Below are positions 16,268 through 24,549 of a stretch of DNA of 64,000 nt, one piece after another. Source of the stretch: Candidatus Sumerlaeia bacterium (GTDB lineage: Bacteria; Sumerlaeota; Sumerlaeia; SLMS01; JANRJK01); the NCBI GenBank assembly GCA_033764015.1, contig JANRJK010000036.1, positions 276,858 to 340,857 on the forward strand. Direction: 5' to 3'. The notes beneath the pieces are model-generated. The model was not told the origin of the DNA. It made no database searches and worked only from the letters and a program-made list of their open reading frames with translations. The translations under genes and the position numbers were made by a program. Each line of letters starts with the position of its first letter. The first letter of the stretch is position 1.

Positions 16268-18583
16268 TCAGGGCTTCGGCAGCGCGGCGCCGGTGCCGCC
16301 GCCGCCGAGCGGGGCCGCGGAGGCGAGGAACTGCTCCATGCCGAGGGCGAAGTACAGGAGGAACACCACCGCGCCGAGCAGCATCACGAGGCCGTAGACC
16401 TGGATCTGGCCGTTCTGCAGGCGGCGCAGCTCGGAGCCGACGAAGCGCGCGAAGCGCCCGATGCCGTTGACGACACCGTCGACCACGCCCATGTCGAACT
16501 TCCACACGCCGAGGCTGACCATCCACGCGCCGTCCTTGAAGAAGGCGTTGTAGAAGTCGTCCCACCACCAGCGGTTGGCGGAGACGGCGAAGAGCGGGCC
16601 GAGGGCGCGCTCCGCGCGGCGTTCGCGCTCGACGCCGTTCGTGTAGAACCAGCGGGCGAAGAGGAGCGAGAAGATCGCCACCGCGCCCGAGACGCCGGCG
16701 AGGATCAGCTCCTTGTTGCTCTTGTGCGCGTCGGCGGCGGGGATCTCGCCCGCCACGACGTAGGCGCCGTAGGGGATCGAGTCGCCCAGGTAGCCGAGCT
16801 TCGTCGCCGCGACCACCGCCGCCCCGCGGTCCGTGACGGGTTCGAGGAAGTGGTGGAACATGGCGTTGAAGTCGCCCATCGGGATCAGGCCCTTCGGCAC
16901 GTTGAGGAAGCCGACGACCAGCGCGAGGCCCGCGAGCACCACGAGGGGGGTCGTCATCGCGCGCCCCGATTCGTGGACGTGGTCCGCGATCTTCGGATCG
17001 ACGCGCGACTCGCCCGCGAAGGTGAGGAAATACGTGCGGCCCATGTAGACCGCCGTCATGACGGCGGTGGCCATGCCGAGCACGTAGAGGAAGGGGAACT
17101 GGCCGCCGTGCGAGAGGAAGGTGAAGTAGAGGATTTCGTCCTTCGAGAAGAAGCCGGAGGTGAGGGGGAAGCCGGCGATGCAGAGCGTCGCGAGCAGGTA
17201 CGTCATCGCGGTGACCGGCATCTTCTTCCGAAGGCCGCCCATCTTGTGCATGTCCTCCTCGTGGTGCAGCGCGTGGATCACCGATCCGGCGCAGAGGAAG
17301 AGGCAGCCTTTGAAGAAGGCGTGCGTGAAGACGTGGAAGATGCCGGCGGCGAAGGAGCCGACGCCCATGGCGAGGAACATGTAGCCGAGCTGCGAGACGG
17401 TCGAGTAGGCGAGGGCCTTCTTGATGCCGCGCTGCGTGAGGCCGGCGAAGGCGGCCACGAAGGCCGTGAGCCCGCCGACGATCGCGACCACCGCGAGCGT
17501 AGTGGGCGAGAACATGAAGAGCACGTTGAGGCGCGCCACCATGTACACGCCGGCGGTCACCATGGTCGCCGCGTGGATCAGCGCGGAGACGGGCGTCGGG
17601 CCCGCCATGGCGTCCGGCAGCCAGGTGAAGAGGGGGATTTGCGCGGACTTGCCGGTCGCGCCGAGGAAGAGCAGCAGCGTCGCCGCGGTGAGCAGCCCGC
17701 CGCCGTAGAGGAAGCCCTGCGGAACCGCCGAACCGTCGAGGAGCTTGCCGGTGGCGACGATGTCGATGAGGTCCTGCATGTTCACGGTGCCGAGGCCCCA
17801 GAACAGGAGGAACATGCCGAGCATCAGGCCGAAGTCGCCGATACGGTTGACGACGAACGCCTTCCGCCCCGCGTCGGCGCAGCTCAGGTTCTCGGAGAAG
17901 GGTCGGTCGAAGAAGTACCCGATCAGCAGGTAGGAGCAGAGGCCCACGCCCTCCCAGCCGATGAACATGGTGACGAGGCTGTCGCCGAGGACGAGGGTGA
18001 ACATCGCGGCGGCGAAGAGCGCGACGTAGGCGAAGAAGCGCGCGTAGCCGGGATCGAGAACGTCGTCGCCGACGCGCTCGCCCTGCGGCCCGTGGTGGTG
18101 GCCGTGCCCGTGATCGTCGTGCCCGTGTCCGTGGTCGCCGTGGCCATGGGCGGAGAACTTCTCGCGCATGTAGCCGGTCGCGTAGATGAACACGAACGTG
18201 CCGATGAAGCTGACGAACATGAGGAAGAGGGCGCTGAGCGGGTCGACGTAGAACGCGAAGTCGGCCGTGAGCGGGCGGCTGAGGCCGATGGCGTCGCCGG
18301 AGAACTCGAACCAGGTCCAGAGGTGGACGGTGCCGTGCTCGCGCAGTGCGGCGTTGATGGCCGCGGTGCGGTCGGCGACGTCGGCGATGGAGGCCGCGGC
18401 GGCCTCCGCCTCGTGCAGGTGGTGCTTCACTTCGAGGAACGCCAGCGTGGCCATCACGAAGGTGGAGGCCATCGCAAGGACGCTGATGTAGCCGGCGAAA
18501 CGCCCGAGCTTGCGCACGCCGAGGCCGTTGATGAGCGCGGCCAGCAGCATCACAGCGGGGACCGCCCAGATATACTGGATCAT
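16268..18583 (-). CDS. nuoL: NADH-quinone oxidoreductase subunit L (ND5-like), with a His-rich insertion and an extended C-terminus
   Basis: IPLFTWLPDAMAGPTPVSALIHAATMVTAGVYMVARL is the ND5/NuoL consensus. At 771 aa it is longer than typical NuoL and includes the HGHGDHGHGHDDHGHGHHHG loop. Confidence 0.9.
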   Translation of the reverse strand: MIQYIWAVPAVMLLAALINGLGVRKLGRFAGYISVLAMASTFVMATLAFLEVKHHLHEAEAAAASIADVADRTAAINAALREHGTVHLWTWFEFSGDAIGLSRPLTADFAFYVDPLSALFLMFVSFIGTFVFIYATGYMREKFSAHGHGDHGHGHDDHGHGHHHGPQGERVGDDVLDPGYARFFAYVALFAAAMFTLVLGDSLVTMFIGWEGVGLCSYLLIGYFFDRPFSENLSCADAGRKAFVVNRIGDFGLMLGMFLLFWGLGTVNMQDLIDIVATGKLLDGSAVPQGFLYGGGLLTAATLLLFLGATGKSAQIPLFTWLPDAMAGPTPVSALIHAATMVTAGVYMVARLNVLFMFSPTTLAVVAIVGGLTAFVAAFAGLTQRGIKKALAYSTVSQLGYMFLAMGVGSFAAGIFHVFTHAFFKGCLFLCAGSVIHALHHEEDMHKMGGLRKKMPVTAMTYLLATLCIAGFPLTSGFFSKDEILYFTFLSHGGQFPFLYVLGMATAVMTAVYMGRTYFLTFAGESRVDPKIADHVHESGRAMTTPLVVLAGLALVVGFLNVPKGLIPMGDFNAMFHHFLEPVTDRGAAVVAATKLGYLGDSIPYGAYVVAGEIPAADAHKSNKELILAGVSGAVAIFSLLFARWFYTNGVERERRAERALGPLFAVSANRWWWDDFYNAFFKDGAWMVSLGVWKFDMGVVDGVVNGIGRFARFVGSELRRLQNGQIQVYGLVMLLGAVVFLLYFALGMEQFLASAAPLGGGGTGAALPKP

Positions 18584-18628
18584 CTCAGCAGGTTCCTCAT
18601 TCCGGTCGGATCAACGGGGGACACTCGC

Positions 18629-20173
18629 CTAGTACCTCACGAGCACGAAGAAGATCATGGGGAAGACGCCGAAGAGCAGCAGCATGCCGGCGGCGACGCC
18701 GAGGGCGAGGGTGCCCGGCGCTAGGACCGCGGCCGAATCGCCGCCCCCCGCGAGCTGCGCCGCGTCCGCGCCCGCCTCCTCGTCGGTCATGAACATCGTC
18801 ACGACGAGGCGGAGGTAGTAGAACGCGGAGATCACCGAGGCGAGCACGCCGATCACCGCGAGGCCATACTGGCCCTGCTCGATCGCATGGCGGAAGACGT
18901 AGAACTTGCCGATGAAGCCGACGGTCGGCGGGATGCCGGTCAGGCTGAACAGGGCGAGCGCCATGCCGGAGGCGGCCATGGGGCTGCGCTTCCAGAGGCC
19001 GCGGTAGTTCTTCATCTCGCCTTCGCCGCCCTTGCCGAGGTGGTGCGCGAGGCCGAACGCGAGCACGTTCATCAGCGTGTAGCCGAAGAGGTAGAGGAGG
19101 ATCGACTCGGCGATCTCCTGCTGCTGGAAGCTGAGCGCTTCGAGGCTTGCCGTCGGGAGGCTCATGAGCGCGACGTAGGCGACCATGACGTAGCCGCCGT
19201 GGGCGATGGAGCTGAAGGCGAGCATGCGCTTGACGTTGGTCTGCGCGAGCGCCTGCACGTTGCCCCAGACGATGGAGGCCGCGGCGACGGCGGTGAGCAG
19301 GAACGCGGCGGCGTTGTAGAACGGGGGCCAGGAGGCCAGCGTCACGATGACATGGAACAGGAGCGCGAACACGCCGATCTTCGAGGCGGTGGCGATCGCC
19401 ATGGTCGTGGTGGTGGGGGCTCCCTGGTAGACGTCCGGCGCCCACATGTGGAAGGGCGCGAGGGACAGTTTGAAGCTGATGCCAACGAAGAGGAGCGTGA
19501 AGCCCATGAAGGCGAAGACGGCGTTGAGCGGCGAGGTGGATCCGTCGAGGAGCGGGCGCGCGCCGGTGCGGAACACTTCGGCCATGTCGTTCAGGCGGGT
19601 GGAGCCGGTGGCGCCGTAGAGGAAGGCCATGCCCATGACGAAGAAGGCGGAGGCGAAGGCGCCGAGGACGAAGTACTTGAAGGCGCCCTCGGTAGAGCGC
19701 GCGCTGCGCCGGTCGATCCCGGTCAGCACGTAGAGCGACAGCGAGAGGATCTCGATGGCGATGAAGGCGGTGACCAGTTCGTTTGCGAGCGAGAGCGTCA
19801 CCATGCCGAGCGCGGCGAAGAGGATGAGCGCGTAGTATTCGCCCGACGGCAGGTTGCGGCGGCGGACCGTCTCCGGGCCGAGCACTGTCATCACGAACAT
19901 GGCGAAGAGGATGGTGACGCTGCCGAGGACGCCGAAGCGGTCGACGCGCAGGAAACCTTCGAGGAAGGGGCGGTTCGCGGGCCAGAGCGGGAGGAAGAAG
20001 GTCGCGAGGGCCGCGAGAAGTGCGGCGCCGGCGATGAAGGGGAGCACGCGGCGGCTGCCCGCCTTGTTGGACGCGGCGTCGGCGACGAGGCAGCCGAGCG
20101 CTCCCGCGAGGAGGATCAGGAGCGGGGCCAGCTGCTCGATGATGATGACGGGGATGTAGGGTTGTCCGGCCAT
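18629..20173 (-). CDS. nuoN: NADH-quinone oxidoreductase antiporter-like subunit; the motif favours NuoN (ND2-like)
   Basis: FKLSLAPFHMWAPDVYQGAPTTTT matches the NuoN/ND2 'PFHxWxPDVYxGAPT' pattern rather than the NuoM 'PLHTWLPDAHxEAPT' pattern. Its position between nuoK and nuoL is atypical. Confidence 0.7.
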   Translation of the reverse strand: MAGQPYIPVIIIEQLAPLLILLAGALGCLVADAASNKAGSRRVLPFIAGAALLAALATFFLPLWPANRPFLEGFLRVDRFGVLGSVTILFAMFVMTVLGPETVRRRNLPSGEYYALILFAALGMVTLSLANELVTAFIAIEILSLSLYVLTGIDRRSARSTEGAFKYFVLGAFASAFFVMGMAFLYGATGSTRLNDMAEVFRTGARPLLDGSTSPLNAVFAFMGFTLLFVGISFKLSLAPFHMWAPDVYQGAPTTTTMAIATASKIGVFALLFHVIVTLASWPPFYNAAAFLLTAVAAASIVWGNVQALAQTNVKRMLAFSSIAHGGYVMVAYVALMSLPTASLEALSFQQQEIAESILLYLFGYTLMNVLAFGLAHHLGKGGEGEMKNYRGLWKRSPMAASGMALALFSLTGIPPTVGFIGKFYVFRHAIEQGQYGLAVIGVLASVISAFYYLRLVVTMFMTDEEAGADAAQLAGGGDSAAVLAPGTLALGVAAGMLLLFGVFPMIFFVLVRY

Positions 20174-20195
20174 GGGTTTGCGGGCGGGGCTGGGG

Positions 20196-20504
20196 TCAGC
20201 CGCGCATCAGGTCGACCTCGTCCACGTGGATGTTCTGCTTCGCGCGGAAGAGCGCGATGAAGATGGCGAGGCCCACGCCGGCTTCGGCGGCGGCGACGGT
20301 CATGATGAAGAGCGCCAGGATGCCGCCGGACATGAGCCCGTGCGCGTGCGCGAAGCTGACGATGGCCAGGTTCGCGGCGTTCAGCATCAGTTCGACGGAA
20401 AGGAACACGGCGATCGCATTGCGCTTCCAGACGACGCCGAGAATGCCCATCGTGAAGAGGAGCAGGCTGAGGAGCAGGTTGCCTTCGAAGAGGAGGGGGG
20501 ACAT
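20196..20504 (-). CDS. nuoK: NADH-quinone oxidoreductase subunit K
   Basis: 102 aa; ...VELMLNAANLAIVSFA... is typical of NuoK/ND4L. Confidence 0.9.
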   Translation of the reverse strand: MSPLLFEGNLLLSLLLFTMGILGVVWKRNAIAVFLSVELMLNAANLAIVSFAHAHGLMSGGILALFIMTVAAAEAGVGLAIFIALFRAKQNIHVDEVDLMRG

Positions 20505-20516
20505 CGGGTCGGGGGC

Positions 20517-21053
20517 TTACTCCGTGTCGATGGTGATTTCGTTGCCGTCCTCGTCCTGTCGGCGCGCCATGGCGACCGCGCCGATGACGGCGACGAGGAG
20601 GATCACCGAGGTGAGCAGGAAAGGCAGCACCCAGAAGGTGACGAGGGAGGTTGCGATGGAGGTGACGTCGCTGGGCTCGTGGACGATGGGGTGGCCTCCG
20701 GCGATCTGCGCCGCGGCGAATGTCTTCACGCCGAAGGCCGCGAGGAGGAAGAACGCCAAGGCGAGCGCGCCGCCCCAGAAGCGCGCGTCGCGCAGGTACC
20801 AAGGCGCCTGTTCGCGCTCGCGCAGGTTCAGCAGCATGACGACAAACAGGAAGACGACCATGATCGCGCCGGCGTAGATGATGATCTGGATCAGCGCGAC
20901 GAACTCGTTCTGCATCATCAGGAAGTTGACGGCGAGGCAGACCATCACGAGGATGAGCGCCATGGCGGACTTGACAGTGTCCCGGGTGAAGAGGACGAGG
21001 CCGGCGCCGAGCACCGTGAGGGCGAAGATCAGGTAGTAGAAGAGGTCAAACAT
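20517..21053 (-). CDS. nuoJ: NADH-quinone oxidoreductase subunit J
   Basis: 178 aa with a 3-TM N-terminus, ...IIIYAGAIMVVFLFVVMLL... (ND6/NuoJ). Confidence 0.85.
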   Translation of the reverse strand: MFDLFYYLIFALTVLGAGLVLFTRDTVKSAMALILVMVCLAVNFLMMQNEFVALIQIIIYAGAIMVVFLFVVMLLNLREREQAPWYLRDARFWGGALALAFFLLAAFGVKTFAAAQIAGGHPIVHEPSDVTSIATSLVTFWVLPFLLTSVILLVAVIGAVAMARRQDEDGNEITIDTE

Positions 21054-21203
21054 GGGTGCTCTTGGACTCCGGGCGAGCCCGTGTTCCTTCGTGGCCGGTG
21101 GCGTATCCAGCGGCGGCGGCCGCCGCGGGGGAAAGCACGAAATGACCCGGGGCGGAGCCCGGGCCGGGGAAAGCGTTCAACCCGCCGCGACAGCTTCCGT
21201 CGC

Positions 21204-21737
21204 TCACGAACGCGTCCAGGGGTCGGAGGAGGCGCCCGCGTCCGCTTCGGCGCTCACGTGCGAGACGTAGGGGTCGTAGTCGTGGTAGGTGCCGAAGCCC
21301 TTCTCCGCCGGATCCAGCATGTCCTCCTTGTTGGCGATGAAGTCCGTGCGGCGGTCCATGGCCAGCTCGTAGGTCGGCCCCATGACGATGGCGTTCTCGG
21401 GGCAGGCCTCTTCGCAGAAGCCGCAGAAGATGCAGCGCAGGAGGTGTATCTGGTAGATTTCGGCGTAGCGCTCGCCGGCGGAGACCTGGTTTCCGGCGGA
21501 GTTCTCGGCGGCTTCGAGGTAGATCGCCTCGCTGGGGCAGACGGCGGCGCAGAGGGCGCAGCCGACGCAACGCTCGAGGCCGTCCTCGTAGCGCTGCAGG
21601 CGGTGGCGTCCGCGGAAGAATGGGGGCTGCTCGCGCTTCACCTCGGGGTACTCGAGGGTGACGCTGCCCTTTCCGCTAAGGTAGCGGATGGCGTGCTTCG
21701 AAGTCTGGGCGAAGCCCTTGAGGAAGTCGATGATCAT
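21204..21737 (-). CDS. nuoI: NADH-quinone oxidoreductase subunit I (2x[4Fe-4S] ferredoxin-type)
   Basis: Trimmed from the 335-aa track ORF to MIIDFLKGFAQTSKHAIRYL. It has two CxxCxxCxxxCP motifs (CVGCALCAAVCP, CIFCGFCEEACP). The upstream 158 aa of the track ORF are an Arg/Pro-rich artefact. Confidence 0.9.
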   Translation of the reverse strand: MIIDFLKGFAQTSKHAIRYLSGKGSVTLEYPEVKREQPPFFRGRHRLQRYEDGLERCVGCALCAAVCPSEAIYLEAAENSAGNQVSAGERYAEIYQIHLLRCIFCGFCEEACPENAIVMGPTYELAMDRRTDFIANKEDMLDPAEKGFGTYHDYDPYVSHVSAEADAGASSDPWTRS

Positions 21738-21805
21738 GGGGCGGTCACTCCGGGCGGGGCGTCGTGTCTCGTCGGGGTGTGCGGGGCAACGGTCGCGCCA
21801 TCGGC

Positions 21806-23092
21806 TCAGGCGGCCTGCGGGCGGAAGTTGCGGTACTGGGCGGCGAGGGCCTTCTTGCGTTGCGCGGTGTAGATGAAGTCGGTCGCGAGGAGAAGCCCCA
21901 GCGTGATGCCGCCGATCGCGAGCCGGGCGCCGAGCGAGACCGTGTCGGTCTCCTTGTCGTAGCCGAGGCCGACGCCGATGGCGGTGATGACGAGATTCGC
22001 GAGGCCGAGCGGCAACATCACCTTCCAGCCGAGGTTCATGAGCTGGTCGTAGCGCATGCGGGGGAGCGTCGCGCGAGCCATGATGAAGAGGGTGAGGAAG
22101 AAGAAGATCTTGGCGGGGAGCACCAGCGGGCCGGCGAGGTAGTAGGGCAGCGTGCCCTCCTCGAAGAGCGCGATCGGACCGAGATACCCGCCGAGGAAGA
22201 GCGACGCGCACACCGCGCTGACGGTGATCATGTTGACGTACTCGCCCAGGAAGAAGAGGGCGAACTTCATCGAACTGTACTCGGTGTGGAAGCCGCCGGT
22301 CAGCTCCGACTCGCCCTCGGCGAGGTCGAACGGAAGGCGGTTCGTCTCCGCGAACATGGCGATGACGAAGAGGACGAAGGCGAGCGGCTGCGCGACCACA
22401 TTCCAGTTCCAGAAGCCGCCCTTCTGCGACTCGATGATGTCGTAGAAGTTGAGGCTTCCCGCGATGAGGAGCACGCCGATGACCGAGAGCGACATCGAGA
22501 TTTCATAGCTGATCATCTGGGCCGAGGCGCGGATCCCGCCGAGGAGCGACCACTTGTTGTTCGAGGACCAGCCGGCGAGCGTGATGCCGTAGACCCCGAT
22601 GGAGGTGATGGCGAGGACGTAGAGGACGCCGACGCTCGGGTTGGTGACTGCGAGGGCGATCTGGCTGACAGCGCCCATGGGCCCTAGGGTGTCGGGGCTG
22701 ATGCCGAGGAGCGAGCCGATGGAGGCGAGGGCGGGGCCGTCGATGATTGGGCCGATGGGGATGATGCAAAGGGCGAGGAACGCCGGCCCGCTGACGAGCG
22801 AGGGCGCCATCAGGTAGAGTAGGCGGTCGGCCCCGGCGGGGATGATTTCTTCTTTGAAGAAGAGCTTCGCGCCGTCGAGGGCGCCGTGGAGGAGGCCCCA
22901 CGGGCCGGCGCGGTTCGGGCCGGGGCGGTCCTGCGTCCAGGAGATGAGCTTGCGTTCGTATAGGACGACGAAGGGGACGACGCCGAGGACGCTGCCGAGC
23001 AGGATGGCGATCTTGAGGAGCGCCAGCGCGAGGATCAGGGCGTTGCCGGGGCCGCCGACGAACTGTCCGATAAAGTCGAGAAGGGGCTGCAT
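21806..23092 (-). CDS. nuoH: NADH-quinone oxidoreductase subunit H
   Basis: Trimmed to MQPLLDFIGQF... It reads ...FAETNRLPFDLAEGESELTGGFHTEYSSMKFALFFLGEY... (ND1/NuoH signature). Confidence 0.9.
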   Translation of the reverse strand: MQPLLDFIGQFVGGPGNALILALALLKIAILLGSVLGVVPFVVLYERKLISWTQDRPGPNRAGPWGLLHGALDGAKLFFKEEIIPAGADRLLYLMAPSLVSGPAFLALCIIPIGPIIDGPALASIGSLLGISPDTLGPMGAVSQIALAVTNPSVGVLYVLAITSIGVYGITLAGWSSNNKWSLLGGIRASAQMISYEISMSLSVIGVLLIAGSLNFYDIIESQKGGFWNWNVVAQPLAFVLFVIAMFAETNRLPFDLAEGESELTGGFHTEYSSMKFALFFLGEYVNMITVSAVCASLFLGGYLGPIALFEEGTLPYYLAGPLVLPAKIFFFLTLFIMARATLPRMRYDQLMNLGWKVMLPLGLANLVITAIGVGLGYDKETDTVSLGARLAIGGITLGLLLATDFIYTAQRKKALAAQYRNFRPQAA

Positions 23093-23336
23093 CGACGACC
23101 GTCGTTGGGGGTTGGCGCGGGGATTGCGCCTAGCGTCACAAACCAGACCGGCAGGGTTGGGGTTCCACCAAAGGGGTGTCAACGGCCAATCGGGAGAGCG
23201 CGCGGCTGGCGCGGCGCCTGGTCGATAGGAGCCGCTTTCGCGTTGACGCTCGCGGTAAGCGGGGGGTCCCTTGGGGCTTCAGTGACTTGGCGATCCACCG
23301 CCGCCACTTCCCGTCCCGGAGGCGTTCCGCGCGTCC

Positions 23337-24497
23337 ATGATCCGACTGCGTAGCCTTTGCACCCTTTGCGCCGCTGTGGCAGCCCCCGCGCTGTCGCTCG
23401 CCGCGAGCCTCCTGACGCCGATCTCGGACGGCAAGCTGCTGTACGAAACCACCTCCAGCGGCGATTCCCGCGAGGCGGCGCTGACCGCCGCGCGCCAAGC
23501 CGCGGTGAAGGGCTCCGCGGGGCGCGTGCTCCTCGGCGAGTCCCTGATTATGGCGGATGAGCTGCTCGACCTTTACCTCGACCGCTACTACGACAAGTTC
23601 GTCACCGCCACGGAGGTGGTCACGGAGGACTTCGTGGGCGGGCGCAACGTCGTGCGCAGCCGCGTGTTCGTCGACTACCAGTCGCTGGTCAAGGACCTGG
23701 ACGAGAAGCGGTTCCTGTTCACGCCGGCGCCGCGTCCGGTGGTGCTTTCCTTCCTCGCGGAGAAGATGGACAACGAGACGACGGCGGAGGGCATCGCGCT
23801 GAGCGCACTCAACGTGTCGTTCCTCGCGACGGGCATGAAGCCGTTCAGCGGCTCGCTCCCGGCGGCGGACCCGCAGGATCCCTCGACGGTGCCAAGCCTC
23901 GCGCGCGATGTCGCGCAGACGCCGGCGACGCTCGCGGAGGCGCTGGTCCTGGCGCAGCGCAACGGCGCCGAGGTCCTCGTGACCGGCACCGCGACGACCA
24001 GCGAGAGCATGTCGGACCGCTTCTACTACGACAATTACCTGTTCTACGAGTGCACGATGGAGACGAAGCTGCTCCGCGTGGACACGGGCGAGGTGCTCTT
24101 CACGGCGCGGGCCACGGGCAACGCGGCCGCGGTGAACCGCTCGGAGGCCATCCAGACGGCGATCCAGCGCGCGGCCACCTCGATCGCGGACCAGTACTAC
24201 GACAAGCTGACGGACCACTGGGGCTTCGTGGTGCGGGCGAACACGGCGGATTACCAGGTCATGCTGACGGGCGCCGACGAGGAGTTGCAGCGCGTGGTCG
24301 CGCGGCATCTCGAGCGGCTCGGCGGCGGCACCGAGGTGGCGCTGCGCAAGGCGTTCGACAAGACCGCGGTGCTCGTGGTGCGCACGGACGCCTCGCGGCA
24401 GGATGTGCTGGAGCAGATCGCATCGTGCAGCTTCCCGACGCTGACTACGCTGAACCCCGCCGACAAGAACCGCTTCGAGGTGCAGGTGGGCGGCTGA
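23337..24497 (+). CDS. Hypothetical secreted protein
   Basis: Signal peptide MIRLRSLCTLCAAVAAPALSLAAS. Normal amino-acid composition, no recognisable family. It lies 52 nt upstream of the Ser/Thr kinase gene on the same strand. Confidence 0.5.
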   Translation: MIRLRSLCTLCAAVAAPALSLAASLLTPISDGKLLYETTSSGDSREAALTAARQAAVKGSAGRVLLGESLIMADELLDLYLDRYYDKFVTATEVVTEDFVGGRNVVRSRVFVDYQSLVKDLDEKRFLFTPAPRPVVLSFLAEKMDNETTAEGIALSALNVSFLATGMKPFSGSLPAADPQDPSTVPSLARDVAQTPATLAEALVLAQRNGAEVLVTGTATTSESMSDRFYYDNYLFYECTMETKLLRVDTGEVLFTARATGNAAAVNRSEAIQTAIQRAATSIADQYYDKLTDHWGFVVRANTADYQVMLTGADEELQRVVARHLERLGGGTEVALRKAFDKTAVLVVRTDASRQDVLEQIASCSFPTLTTLNPADKNRFEVQVGG

Positions 24498-24549
24498 CGC
24501 CCCCGCGCCGCCAGCCCCTGGCAACAACCGCCCGGCAGGATGGCGCGGC

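Noticed and set aside
14728-16470. 580-aa plus-strand ORF, plus the ORFs at 16724..18724, 18887..20260 and 20172..21872
   Set aside because: Antisense to DAHP synthase and nuoL/N/K/J/I. Glu/Gly/Arg/Ala repeats are typical of reverse-strand reading of membrane-protein genes at high GC.
21204-22211. 335-aa extended version of nuoI, and the 458-aa extended nuoH
   Set aside because: The N-terminal extensions are Arg/Pro/His-rich and overlap the upstream gene. The conserved NuoI/NuoH sequences begin at internal Met residues.
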